This document shows positions 9,677 to 20,406 of a DNA stretch of 64,000 nt, one piece after another; within the stretch, counting starts at the first letter, position 1, and the number at the start of each line of letters is the position of its first letter. Under the pieces are notes generated by a model, which was not told where the DNA came from, did not search any database, and saw nothing but the letters and a program-made list of their open reading frames with translations. Location: NCBI GenBank assembly GCA_942493235.1, contig OW818676.1, positions 4,151,820 through 4,215,819 of the forward strand, written 5' to 3'. The position numbers were made by a program, and so were the translations under genes. Source of the DNA: an uncultured bacterium (GTDB taxonomy: Bacteria > Bacteroidota > Ignavibacteria > Kapaibacteriales > UBA2268).

Positions 9677-12600
9677 ATGATAAATAAAAAACAACATAAA
9701 TTGGCTTTCGGTACAAAGTTGTCTTTAATTATTTTGTTATTGGTTTTACTAATAAGTTTGCCGATATTATTTTTTGTTTACAATTATATTGACATTAAAA
9801 TAAAAGATAAGACTCAAAATATATTAGTTGATAATTCCAAACAAATTGCAGAAAAAATCAACAGTCAGTTAAATGAAATTCTCTATCAAATCAATCCTAT
9901 TGCCGAATCATTAGAAAATTTAATAAGTACTAATGATATTAATAAGGTAAAGGATAAAATCAATAATACTCTCGATCAGAATAAACATATTTCAGGTATA
10001 TGGATAATGCTTAATCCGGAAGAATTCGTAAGCAATGAAAATATTTCCGACTTCTTATACGCAAGCGTACTCGGAAATATCACTAAAGTATTTGTAAATA
10101 ATTCAAATAATAAGCACATTTTTAAACCACTGAATAATATAAAAGAAAATCAATTTTTAGATATATTCAAAGAATTGAAATATTCGAGACGAAACACAAT
10201 TTCTGCCCCTTCTATAATTTCAGATTATGGAACTCTATATAGCACAATTCAATTATCAATTCCGGTAACAGTCTCCGGTCGATTTATAGGAGTGGTAGGT
10301 ATCCATCTAAGCTCTCAATTCATCGGTAATATACTGAAATACTCCTTTTTAAACGATGATGCAATATCAGCAATTTTCTCAAATAGCGGAGATGTTATTT
10401 TCATAAATAACGACCATTATAATAAAGAAGCAAATATCAATAATTTTAATATTTATAAATCCGAAACTATGCTTGAGATTGAAAAAGCAATTAAAAGCAC
10501 ATATTCGTATTCTATTAATCAGCATTCTGCAATGACTAATTCTAAAGCATTTACTACGGTAATCCCAATACATCTAAAAAAATATAATACTAATTGGGCT
10601 TTAGTCAATGTCTATCCGGACAAATCTTTTTTCACGGATTTAAATAATTTTACTAATTTTTATATATTAATAGTAATTTTAGGGTTACTATTAATGATTG
10701 CATTAATCCATGCTTATTTAAAATTCCAATTAAAGCCATTGAGAAATTATTTAAAATTCTCTAATAATATTTCAAATGGATTTTATCTTCAAGAAATCAA
10801 TGAAAAATATCTTTCTAAATCCGATGAAATCGGTAATCTATTCCAGTCGTTAAAAACTATCCAGGAGAGCTTGAGAAATAAAGACACAGTAGCAATGAAG
10901 AAATACGAAGAGCAAAATAAATATATTACCGGTACTAAATTATTGCTCGAGCAAATGCGTGGCAATCAGGACATTCAAGTATTAGCTAAAAATGTACTGT
11001 CATTTCTTGCAAAATTTATTGATGCTCAAGTAGGCACATTTTATTTATATAACGACGAAACTAAAGTGCTTGAACTTTCGGCATCATTTTCTTTTACTAA
11101 GAGAAAAGGCGACCATTACAAAATCAATTTAGGCGAAGGAGTATTAGGTCAGGCAGCTATTGAAAAACAAATTGTTTTTTTAACCGAAATACCACCGGAT
11201 TATATTAGCATAAGCTCTGCTCTTGGCGATGCAGTACCGCAGAATATAATAATAGCTCCTTTTGTTTATGAAGATAAGCTAATCGGGGTAATAGAATTAG
11301 CAACGTATCTACAATTTGATGATGCTCAAATCGAGTTTATTAAAAACGGACTAGAAAATATTGCTATTGCATTTAATTCTGCCGGAGTCAATAAAAAAGT
11401 CAATTTGCTCTATCAAGAAGCTCAAAATCAAGCTGAAAAACTACAGACTCAGCAAGAAGAGCTTATTGCTACTAATGAAGAACTTGAAGCTCAGACAGTA
11501 GCTTTAAGAAATTCAGAGCATAAACTAATCGAACAACAGGAAGAATTACAAGCTATCAATGAAGAGCTTGAAGAGAAAACAAGTTTTCTTGAAAAGCAAA
11601 AAGGAGAAATAATTCAAAAGAATGAAGAATTACTCGTTGCTCAATATGAAATTGCTCAAAAAGCTAAAGAAATCGAATTGACAAGCCAGTATAAATCCGA
11701 ATTCCTTGCAAATATGTCGCATGAATTAAGAACCCCGCTAAATAGCATATTGATTCTTGCTACTAATTTATTTGAGAATTCAGCAGGAAACTTAGTAGAT
11801 GACCAAGTAGAATCTTCGAAAATCATATACCAGTGTGGAATTGATTTGCTTAATCTGATAAATGATATTTTAGATTTGTCAAAAATTGAAGCTGGCAAGA
11901 TGACTATGAATTTCCAAGCTACCGAAATAATACATATTGCCGACAGTATTAATAAAAACTTCAAAAAATTAGTTGAAAATAAAGGCTTAAAGCTGATTGT
12001 AGATATAGCTGCCGATTTGCCAAAAGAAATAAACACTGACTCCCAACGGCTTGAGCAGGTAATTAAGAATTTTGTTTCAAATGCAGTTAAATTTACTTCT
12101 AAGGGAGAAATCAGTGTATTAATCAGGCATCCCGATGAGTCTGTTAAACTACGTATTCCTGTAAATAATCACAAGCAAGCATTAGAAATTTGCATTAAAG
12201 ATACCGGCATAGGTATTCCCAAAAATAAACAAAGAGAAATTTTTGAAGCTTTCCACCAGTTAGAAAGTCACTTATCAAGGAATTATAATGGTACAGGGCT
12301 TGGCCTGTCTATAGCAAAAGAAATTACTCACTTGCTTAATGGCGTAATTAATCTCAAAAGCATAGAAGGAGAAGGCTCCGAATTCTCGATTATAATTCCA
12401 ATTAATACGCCTATTGCCGAATCTGATACTAATAATCTCGGAATCAATGAATCAAGCAGAATTATTCTGGAAGCTAACAATGAACTATCGACAGAATCTG
12501 TTTTACACAATCTTTCAGATATGCATGTAGAAGATTATAAACAAGAAATTAGCGAATTGTTTACTGCTGAAATAAATATGGCTAATATCGAAGATGACAG

Positions 12601-13792
12601 AAATTCTTTAAAAGAAGGCGATAAGTTAATTTTAGTAGTTGAAGACGATTTGATTTTTGCTAAAATTCTTTATGAACAGGTAACCCACAAATCTTTCAAA
12701 TGTATATATACTGCCACCGGAGAAGAAGCTTTGGCTTTAGCTGATAAGTTTAAGCCCGATGCTATTATATTAGATATTAAACTACCGGGTATTAACGGCT
12801 GGGAAGTTTTGCAATTTCTAAAGGAAAATCCCAACACTCGCCATATACCTGTTCACATGATGAGTGGCGAAGGCAATACAATTGATGCCAAGCGTAACGG
12901 TGCAGTCGGATTTATTAGTAAACCTACCACAAAGGATAAATTAGATAAAGCCCTGACTAATTTAGAAAATCTAATGAAAAAGAAAATCAAAGATTTACTC
13001 GTTGTAGAAGATGACAGCAAACTCCGGAAAAGTATTATCGGGCTATTGAAAGCAGACGACGTTACTACATACGAAGCTGATTCTGGAGCTCAAGCTCTGC
13101 AGTTTTTAAAATATTATAATATTGATTGCATGGTGCTGGACTTAACACTACCGGACATGACCGGCTTTGACTTACTAAACATAATACAAAGAGAATCAGA
13201 TATTAATATTCCTCCCATAATTGTTTACACCGGTAAAGATTTATCTAAAGAAGAAGAAACAAAGATACTGAAATTTGCAGAATCAATTATTATCAAAGGT
13301 GTTAAGTCAGAGGAAAGGCTAATTGATGAAACTGCATTATTTTTACATAGAGTAGTTGATAAAATTCAAGTACATTCAAAAGATATAATACTAAATCTTC
13401 ACGATAAAGATTCTGTTTTTAAAGATAAAAATGTACTTTTAGTCGATGACGATATTAGAAATGCTTTTGCAGTCTCAAAAGTATTAAAAGAAAAAGGAAT
13501 AAATATTACAGTTGCCGAAAATGGCGAGAAAGCAATTGAAGCATTAAAATCCGATACTTCTTTTAATATGGTACTGATGGACATAATGATGCCGATAATG
13601 GATGGATACACTGCAATTACAAAAATTCGTACCGAATTGAATATGAAAAAATTGCCAATAATTGCTCTTACTGCTAAAGCAATGAAAGAAGATAGAGATA
13701 AGTGTATCAATGCCGGTGCAAACGACTATTTATCCAAACCTATAGATTTAAATAAACTGTATTCTTTGTTAAGGGTCTGGTTATATAAATAA
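9677..13792 (+). CDS. Membrane hybrid sensor kinase: TM, periplasmic sensor domain, TM, HAMP, GAF, coiled coil, HisKA, HATPase, three tandem receiver domains
   Basis: Two hydrophobic segments flank a ~300 aa domain; H-box SEFLANMSHELRTPLNSI; GTGLGLSIAKE; three blocks with LxVEDD / VLLVDDD ... D-x-x-LP receiver signatures. Confidence 0.85.
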   Translation: MINKKQHKLAFGTKLSLIILLLVLLISLPILFFVYNYIDIKIKDKTQNILVDNSKQIAEKINSQLNEILYQINPIAESLENLISTNDINKVKDKINNTLDQNKHISGIWIMLNPEEFVSNENISDFLYASVLGNITKVFVNNSNNKHIFKPLNNIKENQFLDIFKELKYSRRNTISAPSIISDYGTLYSTIQLSIPVTVSGRFIGVVGIHLSSQFIGNILKYSFLNDDAISAIFSNSGDVIFINNDHYNKEANINNFNIYKSETMLEIEKAIKSTYSYSINQHSAMTNSKAFTTVIPIHLKKYNTNWALVNVYPDKSFFTDLNNFTNFYILIVILGLLLMIALIHAYLKFQLKPLRNYLKFSNNISNGFYLQEINEKYLSKSDEIGNLFQSLKTIQESLRNKDTVAMKKYEEQNKYITGTKLLLEQMRGNQDIQVLAKNVLSFLAKFIDAQVGTFYLYNDETKVLELSASFSFTKRKGDHYKINLGEGVLGQAAIEKQIVFLTEIPPDYISISSALGDAVPQNIIIAPFVYEDKLIGVIELATYLQFDDAQIEFIKNGLENIAIAFNSAGVNKKVNLLYQEAQNQAEKLQTQQEELIATNEELEAQTVALRNSEHKLIEQQEELQAINEELEEKTSFLEKQKGEIIQKNEELLVAQYEIAQKAKEIELTSQYKSEFLANMSHELRTPLNSILILATNLFENSAGNLVDDQVESSKIIYQCGIDLLNLINDILDLSKIEAGKMTMNFQATEIIHIADSINKNFKKLVENKGLKLIVDIAADLPKEINTDSQRLEQVIKNFVSNAVKFTSKGEISVLIRHPDESVKLRIPVNNHKQALEICIKDTGIGIPKNKQREIFEAFHQLESHLSRNYNGTGLGLSIAKEITHLLNGVINLKSIEGEGSEFSIIIPINTPIAESDTNNLGINESSRIILEANNELSTESVLHNLSDMHVEDYKQEISELFTAEINMANIEDDRNSLKEGDKLILVVEDDLIFAKILYEQVTHKSFKCIYTATGEEALALADKFKPDAIILDIKLPGINGWEVLQFLKENPNTRHIPVHMMSGEGNTIDAKRNGAVGFISKPTTKDKLDKALTNLENLMKKKIKDLLVVEDDSKLRKSIIGLLKADDVTTYEADSGAQALQFLKYYNIDCMVLDLTLPDMTGFDLLNIIQRESDINIPPIIVYTGKDLSKEEETKILKFAESIIIKGVKSEERLIDETALFLHRVVDKIQVHSKDIILNLHDKDSVFKDKNVLLVDDDIRNAFAVSKVLKEKGINITVAENGEKAIEALKSDTSFNMVLMDIMMPIMDGYTAITKIRTELNMKKLPIIALTAKAMKEDRDKCINAGANDYLSKPIDLNKLYSLLRVWLYK

Positions 13793-13946
13793 CTATCGAA
13801 TATTATCCCTTTGATTTTAGGGATATTGATTCAATTATTACTTTATCATGATAAAAGACATAATTTCTGGGCTTATAGTATAAGGCTGTTGCAAAACTAT
13901 AAAATTTTCAATTTCCATTTGTTCAAGAGGCTGACTAAAAATTTGT

Positions 13947-14022
13947 CATTCTGAACGAAGTGAAGAATCCAGATAAAGCTAACTTGTAGATAATTCTGGA
14001 TTCTTCGTTTCACTCAGAATGA
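13947..14022. repeat. Palindromic hairpin element, copy 1, between convergent kinase gene and groEL
   Basis: cattctgaacgaagtgaagaatccag / ctggattcttcgtttcactcagaatg arms pair over 26 positions with 2 mismatches, ~20-nt loop; near-identical copy at 16756-16829; T/A runs on both sides. Confidence 0.6.
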
Positions 14023-14075
14023 CGATTTAGAAACATTATTACTTTTTTGATAACCTCTAGGAAATTATATAATAA

Positions 14076-14112
14076 AAAACTCCCTCTCCGCATAGCAGAG
14101 AAGGAGTTTATA
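14076..14112 (-). terminator. Probable intrinsic terminator downstream of groEL
   Basis: On minus strand: ctccttctctgc tatg cggagagggag hairpin followed by tttttt. Confidence 0.5.
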
Positions 14113-14133
14113 ATTCTATCGGACAAGATTCGA

Positions 14134-15789
<1,656 letters not shown>

Positions 15790-15948
15790 TTATTCTTATT
15801 AAAATTTTTATTTATATTTCTCAATTTTTTCAAAGCATTGCTTTGAGTTTATTATTTCTCATTACAACATTCCGAACTTTTTCTCATAACAACGCTATGC
15901 GTTGTAATGTCTGGCAATCCTACGCAGTGCGTAGGAGTAAGAAAATAT

Positions 15949-16236
15949 TTATTTTACGATAGCAAAAACGTCAGATTCTCTCATCATTAAATAGTCTTCG
16001 CCGTCCATAGAAATTTCAGTACCTGAATATTTGCCGTAGATTACTTGGTCGTTTACTTTTACTTGTAGAGGAAGTACTTTGCCCTCTTCAGTGATTTTGC
16101 CGTTACCAACAGCGATTACTGTACCCTGCATTGGTTTTTCTTTTGCAGTATCGGGAATAATAATTCCGCCCTTAGTTACTTCTTCAGGAGCAGAAGCTTT
16201 TACGATAATTCTGTCGTATAATGGTGTTAAATTCAT
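15949..16236 (-). CDS. groS: Co-chaperonin GroES (10 kDa)
   Basis: 95 aa, [13 protein letters not shown]...GTVIAVGNG... typical Cpn10; immediately upstream of groEL. Confidence 0.95.
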   Translation of the reverse strand: MNLTPLYDRIIVKASAPEEVTKGGIIIPDTAKEKPMQGTVIAVGNGKITEEGKVLPLQVKVNDQVIYGKYSGTEISMDGEDYLMMRESDVFAIVK

Positions 16237-16292
16237 TTGAAACCTCCAATTATAAATTATTATATAAAAAATGTATTGTTATTATTTAGATT

Positions 16293-16319
16293 TTAGCACT
16301 CTCAGTACAAGAGTGCTAA
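16293..16319. promoter_or_regulatory. CIRCE operator (HrcA binding site) in the groES-groEL promoter region
   Basis: TTAGCACTC-tcagtacaa-GAGTGCTAA, a perfect 9-N9-9 match to the CIRCE consensus, ~60-80 bp upstream of the groES start. Confidence 0.85.
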
Positions 16320-16654
16320 CAATTTGACGATAGTATTTTTTTATTATTGTAGAGGTAGGGATTTTTTTAGTAAAATTATTTGGTAATTTATGTATAAATT
16401 GGGTCTTCGCTATTTTAAGTGGGTTAGCAAATAATTGTTATTAGTATAAAGAAAATCCTTAAATATCAAATATTGATTTTTGATATTTAATTGGATATAC
16501 ATCTTTAATTTTATATTTTAACTCCGTTAGATGTTGAATATTGGTAATATAATGAATAAACTACTCCCCATTCTTAATACATCAAATATAATATAATATA
16601 TTATGTAAACCGTAATTCGTAATTGAAACAAGCCCTCTCCTTCCCTTCCTCAAA

Positions 16655-16715
16655 CGTTCTGCGTCGTGCGGCTGTTCTTCCAACATCGTTAGATGTTGAA
16701 TATTGGTAAAATGAA
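16655..16715. repeat. Dispersed intergenic repeat family 'ctgcgt(a/c)gtgcggct-ttctt-caaca(g/t)cgttagatgttgaatattggta' (copy D)
   Basis: Near-identical cores at 25205-25260, 61262-61300 and 16517-16550 (3' half); first-half relatives at 59155-59190 and 15912-15942. Confidence 0.55.
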
Positions 16716-16755
16716 AGTTTAAATATACTCCCATAAAGCTTTCTAAAATATTGTC

Positions 16756-16829
16756 ATTCTGAACGATTGAAGAATCCAGATAAAACTTACTTGCTGATAA
16801 TTCTGGATTCTTCGTTTCACTCAGAATAA
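16756..16829. repeat. Palindromic hairpin element, copy 2, downstream of the lytTR-type regulator gene, in the long groES upstream region
   Basis: gtcattctgaacgattgaagaatccaga ... tctggattcttcgtttcactcagaataac; same family as 13947-14022, including the flanking sequence cactcagaat(g/a)acgattt(a/g)g. Confidence 0.6.
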
Positions 16830-16900
16830 CGATTTGGCAATATTATTACTTATTAGGCAGCCTTAAAATAGAATTTTTTAATAGTAATTCGTAATTGAAT

Positions 16901-17608
16901 TTATATAAGATGCTCTTTTTCAAGCATAGTGAAGAACTGCTTTTTATATGTGTCGCTGATAGGTATAATTTTATCTTGAATCTTGACAGAGGATTTCTCT
17001 ATGGAATTTATTTTATCTAAGGGGACTAAAAATGATTTATGCACGCGGCAGAATTTATCTTTCGGTAACATTTCCTCAAGCTTTTTGAAATTCAGAAGCG
17101 ACATAATTCTTTCAGTATTGGTAACTATTCCCAAATAATCGCCCATTCCTTCTATATATAGGATGTCGGCAATATTAACTTTTTGCAGTCTGAATTCGGT
17201 TTTAACAAATATATAATCCTTTTTATTATCATTTTCGGATTTATTGTTAGAATGAAATTTTTCGACTACTCTATTTACAGCTTTTAGAAATCTTTCAAAG
17301 CTAATAGGTTTGAGCAAGTAATCCGAAATATCGAGGTCATAGCCGTCTATGGCAAAATTATCATAAGCAGTAGTAAAAATCACCTGTGGCTTATGGTTGA
17401 GAGTTTTCAGTAATTGAATGCCTGAAATATAATCCATTTGAATATCGAGGAATAGTAGGTCTATGCTGTTTTTCTGCAAATAGTCCAAGCAATTCAGAGG
17501 ATTATCAAAGCTTGCACTTAGGTTCAGAGTAGGTACTTTATTAATATAGTCTGAGATTAGCTCAAGAGCCAAAGGTTCATCATCAACAGCAATGCAATTG
17601 ATTTTCAT
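16901..17608 (-). CDS. LytTR-family two-component response regulator
   Basis: N-terminal receiver (IAVDDEPLALELI...LLFLDIQMDYISGIQLL) plus C-terminal LytTR-type DNA-binding region; 4-nt overlap with upstream kinase gene. Confidence 0.85.
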   Translation of the reverse strand: MKINCIAVDDEPLALELISDYINKVPTLNLSASFDNPLNCLDYLQKNSIDLLFLDIQMDYISGIQLLKTLNHKPQVIFTTAYDNFAIDGYDLDISDYLLKPISFERFLKAVNRVVEKFHSNNKSENDNKKDYIFVKTEFRLQKVNIADILYIEGMGDYLGIVTNTERIMSLLNFKKLEEMLPKDKFCRVHKSFLVPLDKINSIEKSSVKIQDKIIPISDTYKKQFFTMLEKEHLI

Positions 17609-18627
17609 CTGGTATCCAGTTCAAGTTTAACATTATATTTAGTTTTGTCACTTACGATAATTAGCTCATGCTTTTTCGGATAAATTAAATCCAGTCTTCT
17701 GATTACATTATGCAAGCCTATACCGTTACTTTGGTCAACAGAAACTATAGAATCGCTACCGATATAATTAGTACATTCGAATTTAATTATACTATCAGTT
17801 ACTTCAAATTTGATAATAATACCCGGTGAATCAACTTTCCTTGACCCATGTTTAAAGGCATTTTCAATAAAAGGAATAAATATCAGAGGGCTAACGTATA
17901 TATTATCGATATTACCATGAATTTGAAAATCAATAAAGTCCGCTTCTTTAATTCTTAATTTACTAAGCTCAATAAAACCGCTCAGATATTCAATTTCGTT
18001 AGATAATAGTACTTTATCGGCATTTGAGTCGGTCATCATATATCTCATTATCTCGGACAATTTCATAATAGCAGTCGGTGCTTGGTCAGATTTCTTTAAG
18101 CTAAGATTGTAAATATTATTTAATGTATTAAATAAAAAGTGCGGATTAATCTGACTACGTAGAAATGCGATTTCGCCGGATTGATTTTGATTAATAAGTT
18201 CGATTTTTAATTGCTGCTCGCGATACCAGTCCAAAGTATATTTAATAGTTACCGGTACCCAGCTAAAACCGAATGTATTGAGGAATTCGTTAACTATGAC
18301 GCTTAATCCTACATGCAGATGAGATAAATCAACTTTGAAGATATAGTATGCACCAATAGTAATTCCTATTCTGCCACCGGTGAATAAAATATTTATTAAA
18401 ATAAACGCTATGCTAGTCTTCCATATCCTATTTTTATTGAATGAACTAATCCCGAAATAAGCGTAGCATACATAGAAATTAATTATATTAAGTACTGAAT
18501 TTACAATCATATAGAGAATTGTAGAGCCGGGATATTCACGCTCTGGGAAAATAAATGGTAAAAATGGGACTATAGTATAGAAAACCCAGAAGACCACATG
18601 CACTATTATATAATATTTCTTTTTCAT
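17605..18627 (-). CDS. LytS-like membrane sensor histidine kinase (His_kinase PF06580-type)
   Basis: Multiple N-terminal TM helices; INPHFLFNTLNNI motif typical of LytS/YehU-type kinases; C-terminal ATPase region. Confidence 0.8.
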   Translation of the reverse strand: MKKKYYIIVHVVFWVFYTIVPFLPFIFPEREYPGSTILYMIVNSVLNIINFYVCYAYFGISSFNKNRIWKTSIAFILINILFTGGRIGITIGAYYIFKVDLSHLHVGLSVIVNEFLNTFGFSWVPVTIKYTLDWYREQQLKIELINQNQSGEIAFLRSQINPHFLFNTLNNIYNLSLKKSDQAPTAIMKLSEIMRYMMTDSNADKVLLSNEIEYLSGFIELSKLRIKEADFIDFQIHGNIDNIYVSPLIFIPFIENAFKHGSRKVDSPGIIIKFEVTDSIIKFECTNYIGSDSIVSVDQSNGIGLHNVIRRLDLIYPKKHELIIVSDKTKYNVKLELDTR

Positions 18628-18817
18628 ATTTTATTTTTACGTTGATTTTTATTTTATGTTTCAGAAGATGACTTATTAAGTGCTTGTTGAATAAGTCCGA
18701 CCCAAATAATAACTGAAACATATTTTCAATTTCTGTTATACTATCATTGAATATCAAAAATATTAATATAAAGATATTCGAGGTGTACTATTATTTTTAT
18801 TTATATGGGCTAAATTT

Positions 18818-19885
18818 ATGAGAACTATCAAAACATTCTGCAATAGCAGACACTTATTATTTAATTATTGTCTATTTAATTATCAACATTGTATATTAAG
18901 ACTTATATTATTAACTGCAATTAGTTTTTTACTACAGACTAATTATTCGATTTCTCAAAATGAAACCGATACATTAGTTGATAGTCGCGACGGCAAGAGC
19001 TATAAAACAGTAAAAATCGGTAAGCAGTGGTGGATGGCAGAAAATTTGAATTACGGGAAAAAGGTAAATGGCAATCCAATAGGCATCTTTCAAACAAATA
19101 ATAGTGAAGTCGAGAAGTACTGCTATTCGGATAACGAAGCTAATTGCACAATTTACGGTGGCTTATATGATTGGAATGAAGCTATGAATTACACATCACT
19201 TGAAAATGGGCATACAAATGAAGATATTCAGGGCATCTGCCCCTGCCAGTGGCATTTACCGAGTGATGAAGAGTGGTTTGAATTAGAAAAATATTTGGGC
19301 ATGCCTGACGAATCATTAAATCAATATGACTCCGGCAGAGACGGCACTACCCAAGCAGACAGCATAAAATCAGCGGGAACTACTTATTGGAAAGAGGGGA
19401 ATAATGGGATTAACAGTGCAGGATTTAATGCCATAGCAGCCGGTAATAGGCACAACTATAATTTTATGTTCGGTAATCTTGGGGTTTCTACCGGATTTTG
19501 GACTAGCTCTAAAGATCAAACAAATTATATATTTAGGGGATTGCAATATAATTATAGTCAAATAGCAAGGCACTCAGGTACTAATGATGTTGAAAGTATG
19601 GTTACTTCATATTCGGTAAGATGTGTGAAAAATAAAAGTACTGCCTCTGTGAATACTTTAGATGAATCTAATATAAGGCTATATCCAAACCCAAGTACAG
19701 GTATTGTTAATCTAATAAATTTGCCAAATAACACGGAAATAGTGTTATACAATTCATTAGGTGAAGCATTACAAACTCTAACTAATCAGATAGACTCAAG
19801 TTTTAAAATTGACATTTCAGACTTGCCGCCCGGTGTATATTACTTAAAATTCGCTAAGATACTAAAGATGTTTGTTAAGATATAA
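18818..19885 (+). CDS. Secreted protein with Fibrobacter succinogenes major paralogous domain and T9SS C-terminal sorting domain
   Basis: DSRDGKSYKTVKIGKQWWMAENLNY...YGGLYDWNEAM (TIGR02145-like); C-terminus LYPNPSTGIVNL...GVYYLKF resembles Por_Secre_tail. Confidence 0.7.
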   Translation: MRTIKTFCNSRHLLFNYCLFNYQHCILRLILLTAISFLLQTNYSISQNETDTLVDSRDGKSYKTVKIGKQWWMAENLNYGKKVNGNPIGIFQTNNSEVEKYCYSDNEANCTIYGGLYDWNEAMNYTSLENGHTNEDIQGICPCQWHLPSDEEWFELEKYLGMPDESLNQYDSGRDGTTQADSIKSAGTTYWKEGNNGINSAGFNAIAAGNRHNYNFMFGNLGVSTGFWTSSKDQTNYIFRGLQYNYSQIARHSGTNDVESMVTSYSVRCVKNKSTASVNTLDESNIRLYPNPSTGIVNLINLPNNTEIVLYNSLGEALQTLTNQIDSSFKIDISDLPPGVYYLKFAKILKMFVKI

Positions 19886-20007
19886 AAAATATTTTTGAAT
19901 ACTCCCTCTTCCGCTCAGCGTAGGAGGGAGAAGCTGACCCCTTCTATATAGAGACTATGTAAATAATCTTTAATTTCTATTGATAATAATTACAGTGCAT
20001 GTTTCCC

Positions 20008-20160
20008 TACGCTGAAGCGTGAGGTTGAATGCCGCTGGGGTGAGCATTTGCGACAAATTAATTGAATTACACAGCCTCTTCAGCGTGGGGTTGAATGCCG
20101 CTGGGGTGGGCATTTGCGACAAATTAATTGAATTACACAGTCTCTGAAGCATTGGAATTG
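20008..20160. repeat. ~66-bp tandem repeat (about 2.3 units) containing the hairpin motif gctgaagcgtg(a/g)ggttgaatgccgctggggtg
   Basis: Units at ~20008-20076 and 20077-20142 are near-identical; a related single copy lies at 57371-57420 (ccccacgctgaagcgtggggttgaatggagtgggcg). Confidence 0.65.
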
Positions 20161-20406
20161 AATGGAGGAAGAATAATAATTTACTGCTTTTGAAGCATTC
20201 AAGTTCAATAAAAGCGGGGGTTTGAATTTCTGGAGCGGAATTGTTCAATAAAAGAGAATTGGAGTAAAATATTTGAGTTTTGCTTTTGTCTCTACTTATC
20301 TATAATAATAATATTTTTGCATTAGTAGAAAATTTCTTAATTTTGAATTGTTCAATGTTGTTTATGCAAATAATAGGATATAATTACTTAAAATGGATTC
20401 TAAACT

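Noticed and set aside
19970-20248. 92-aa minus-strand ORF
   Set aside because: It is the translation of the 66-bp tandem repeat (repeated LKRLCNSINLSQM peptide); no start context; it lies in an intergenic repeat region.
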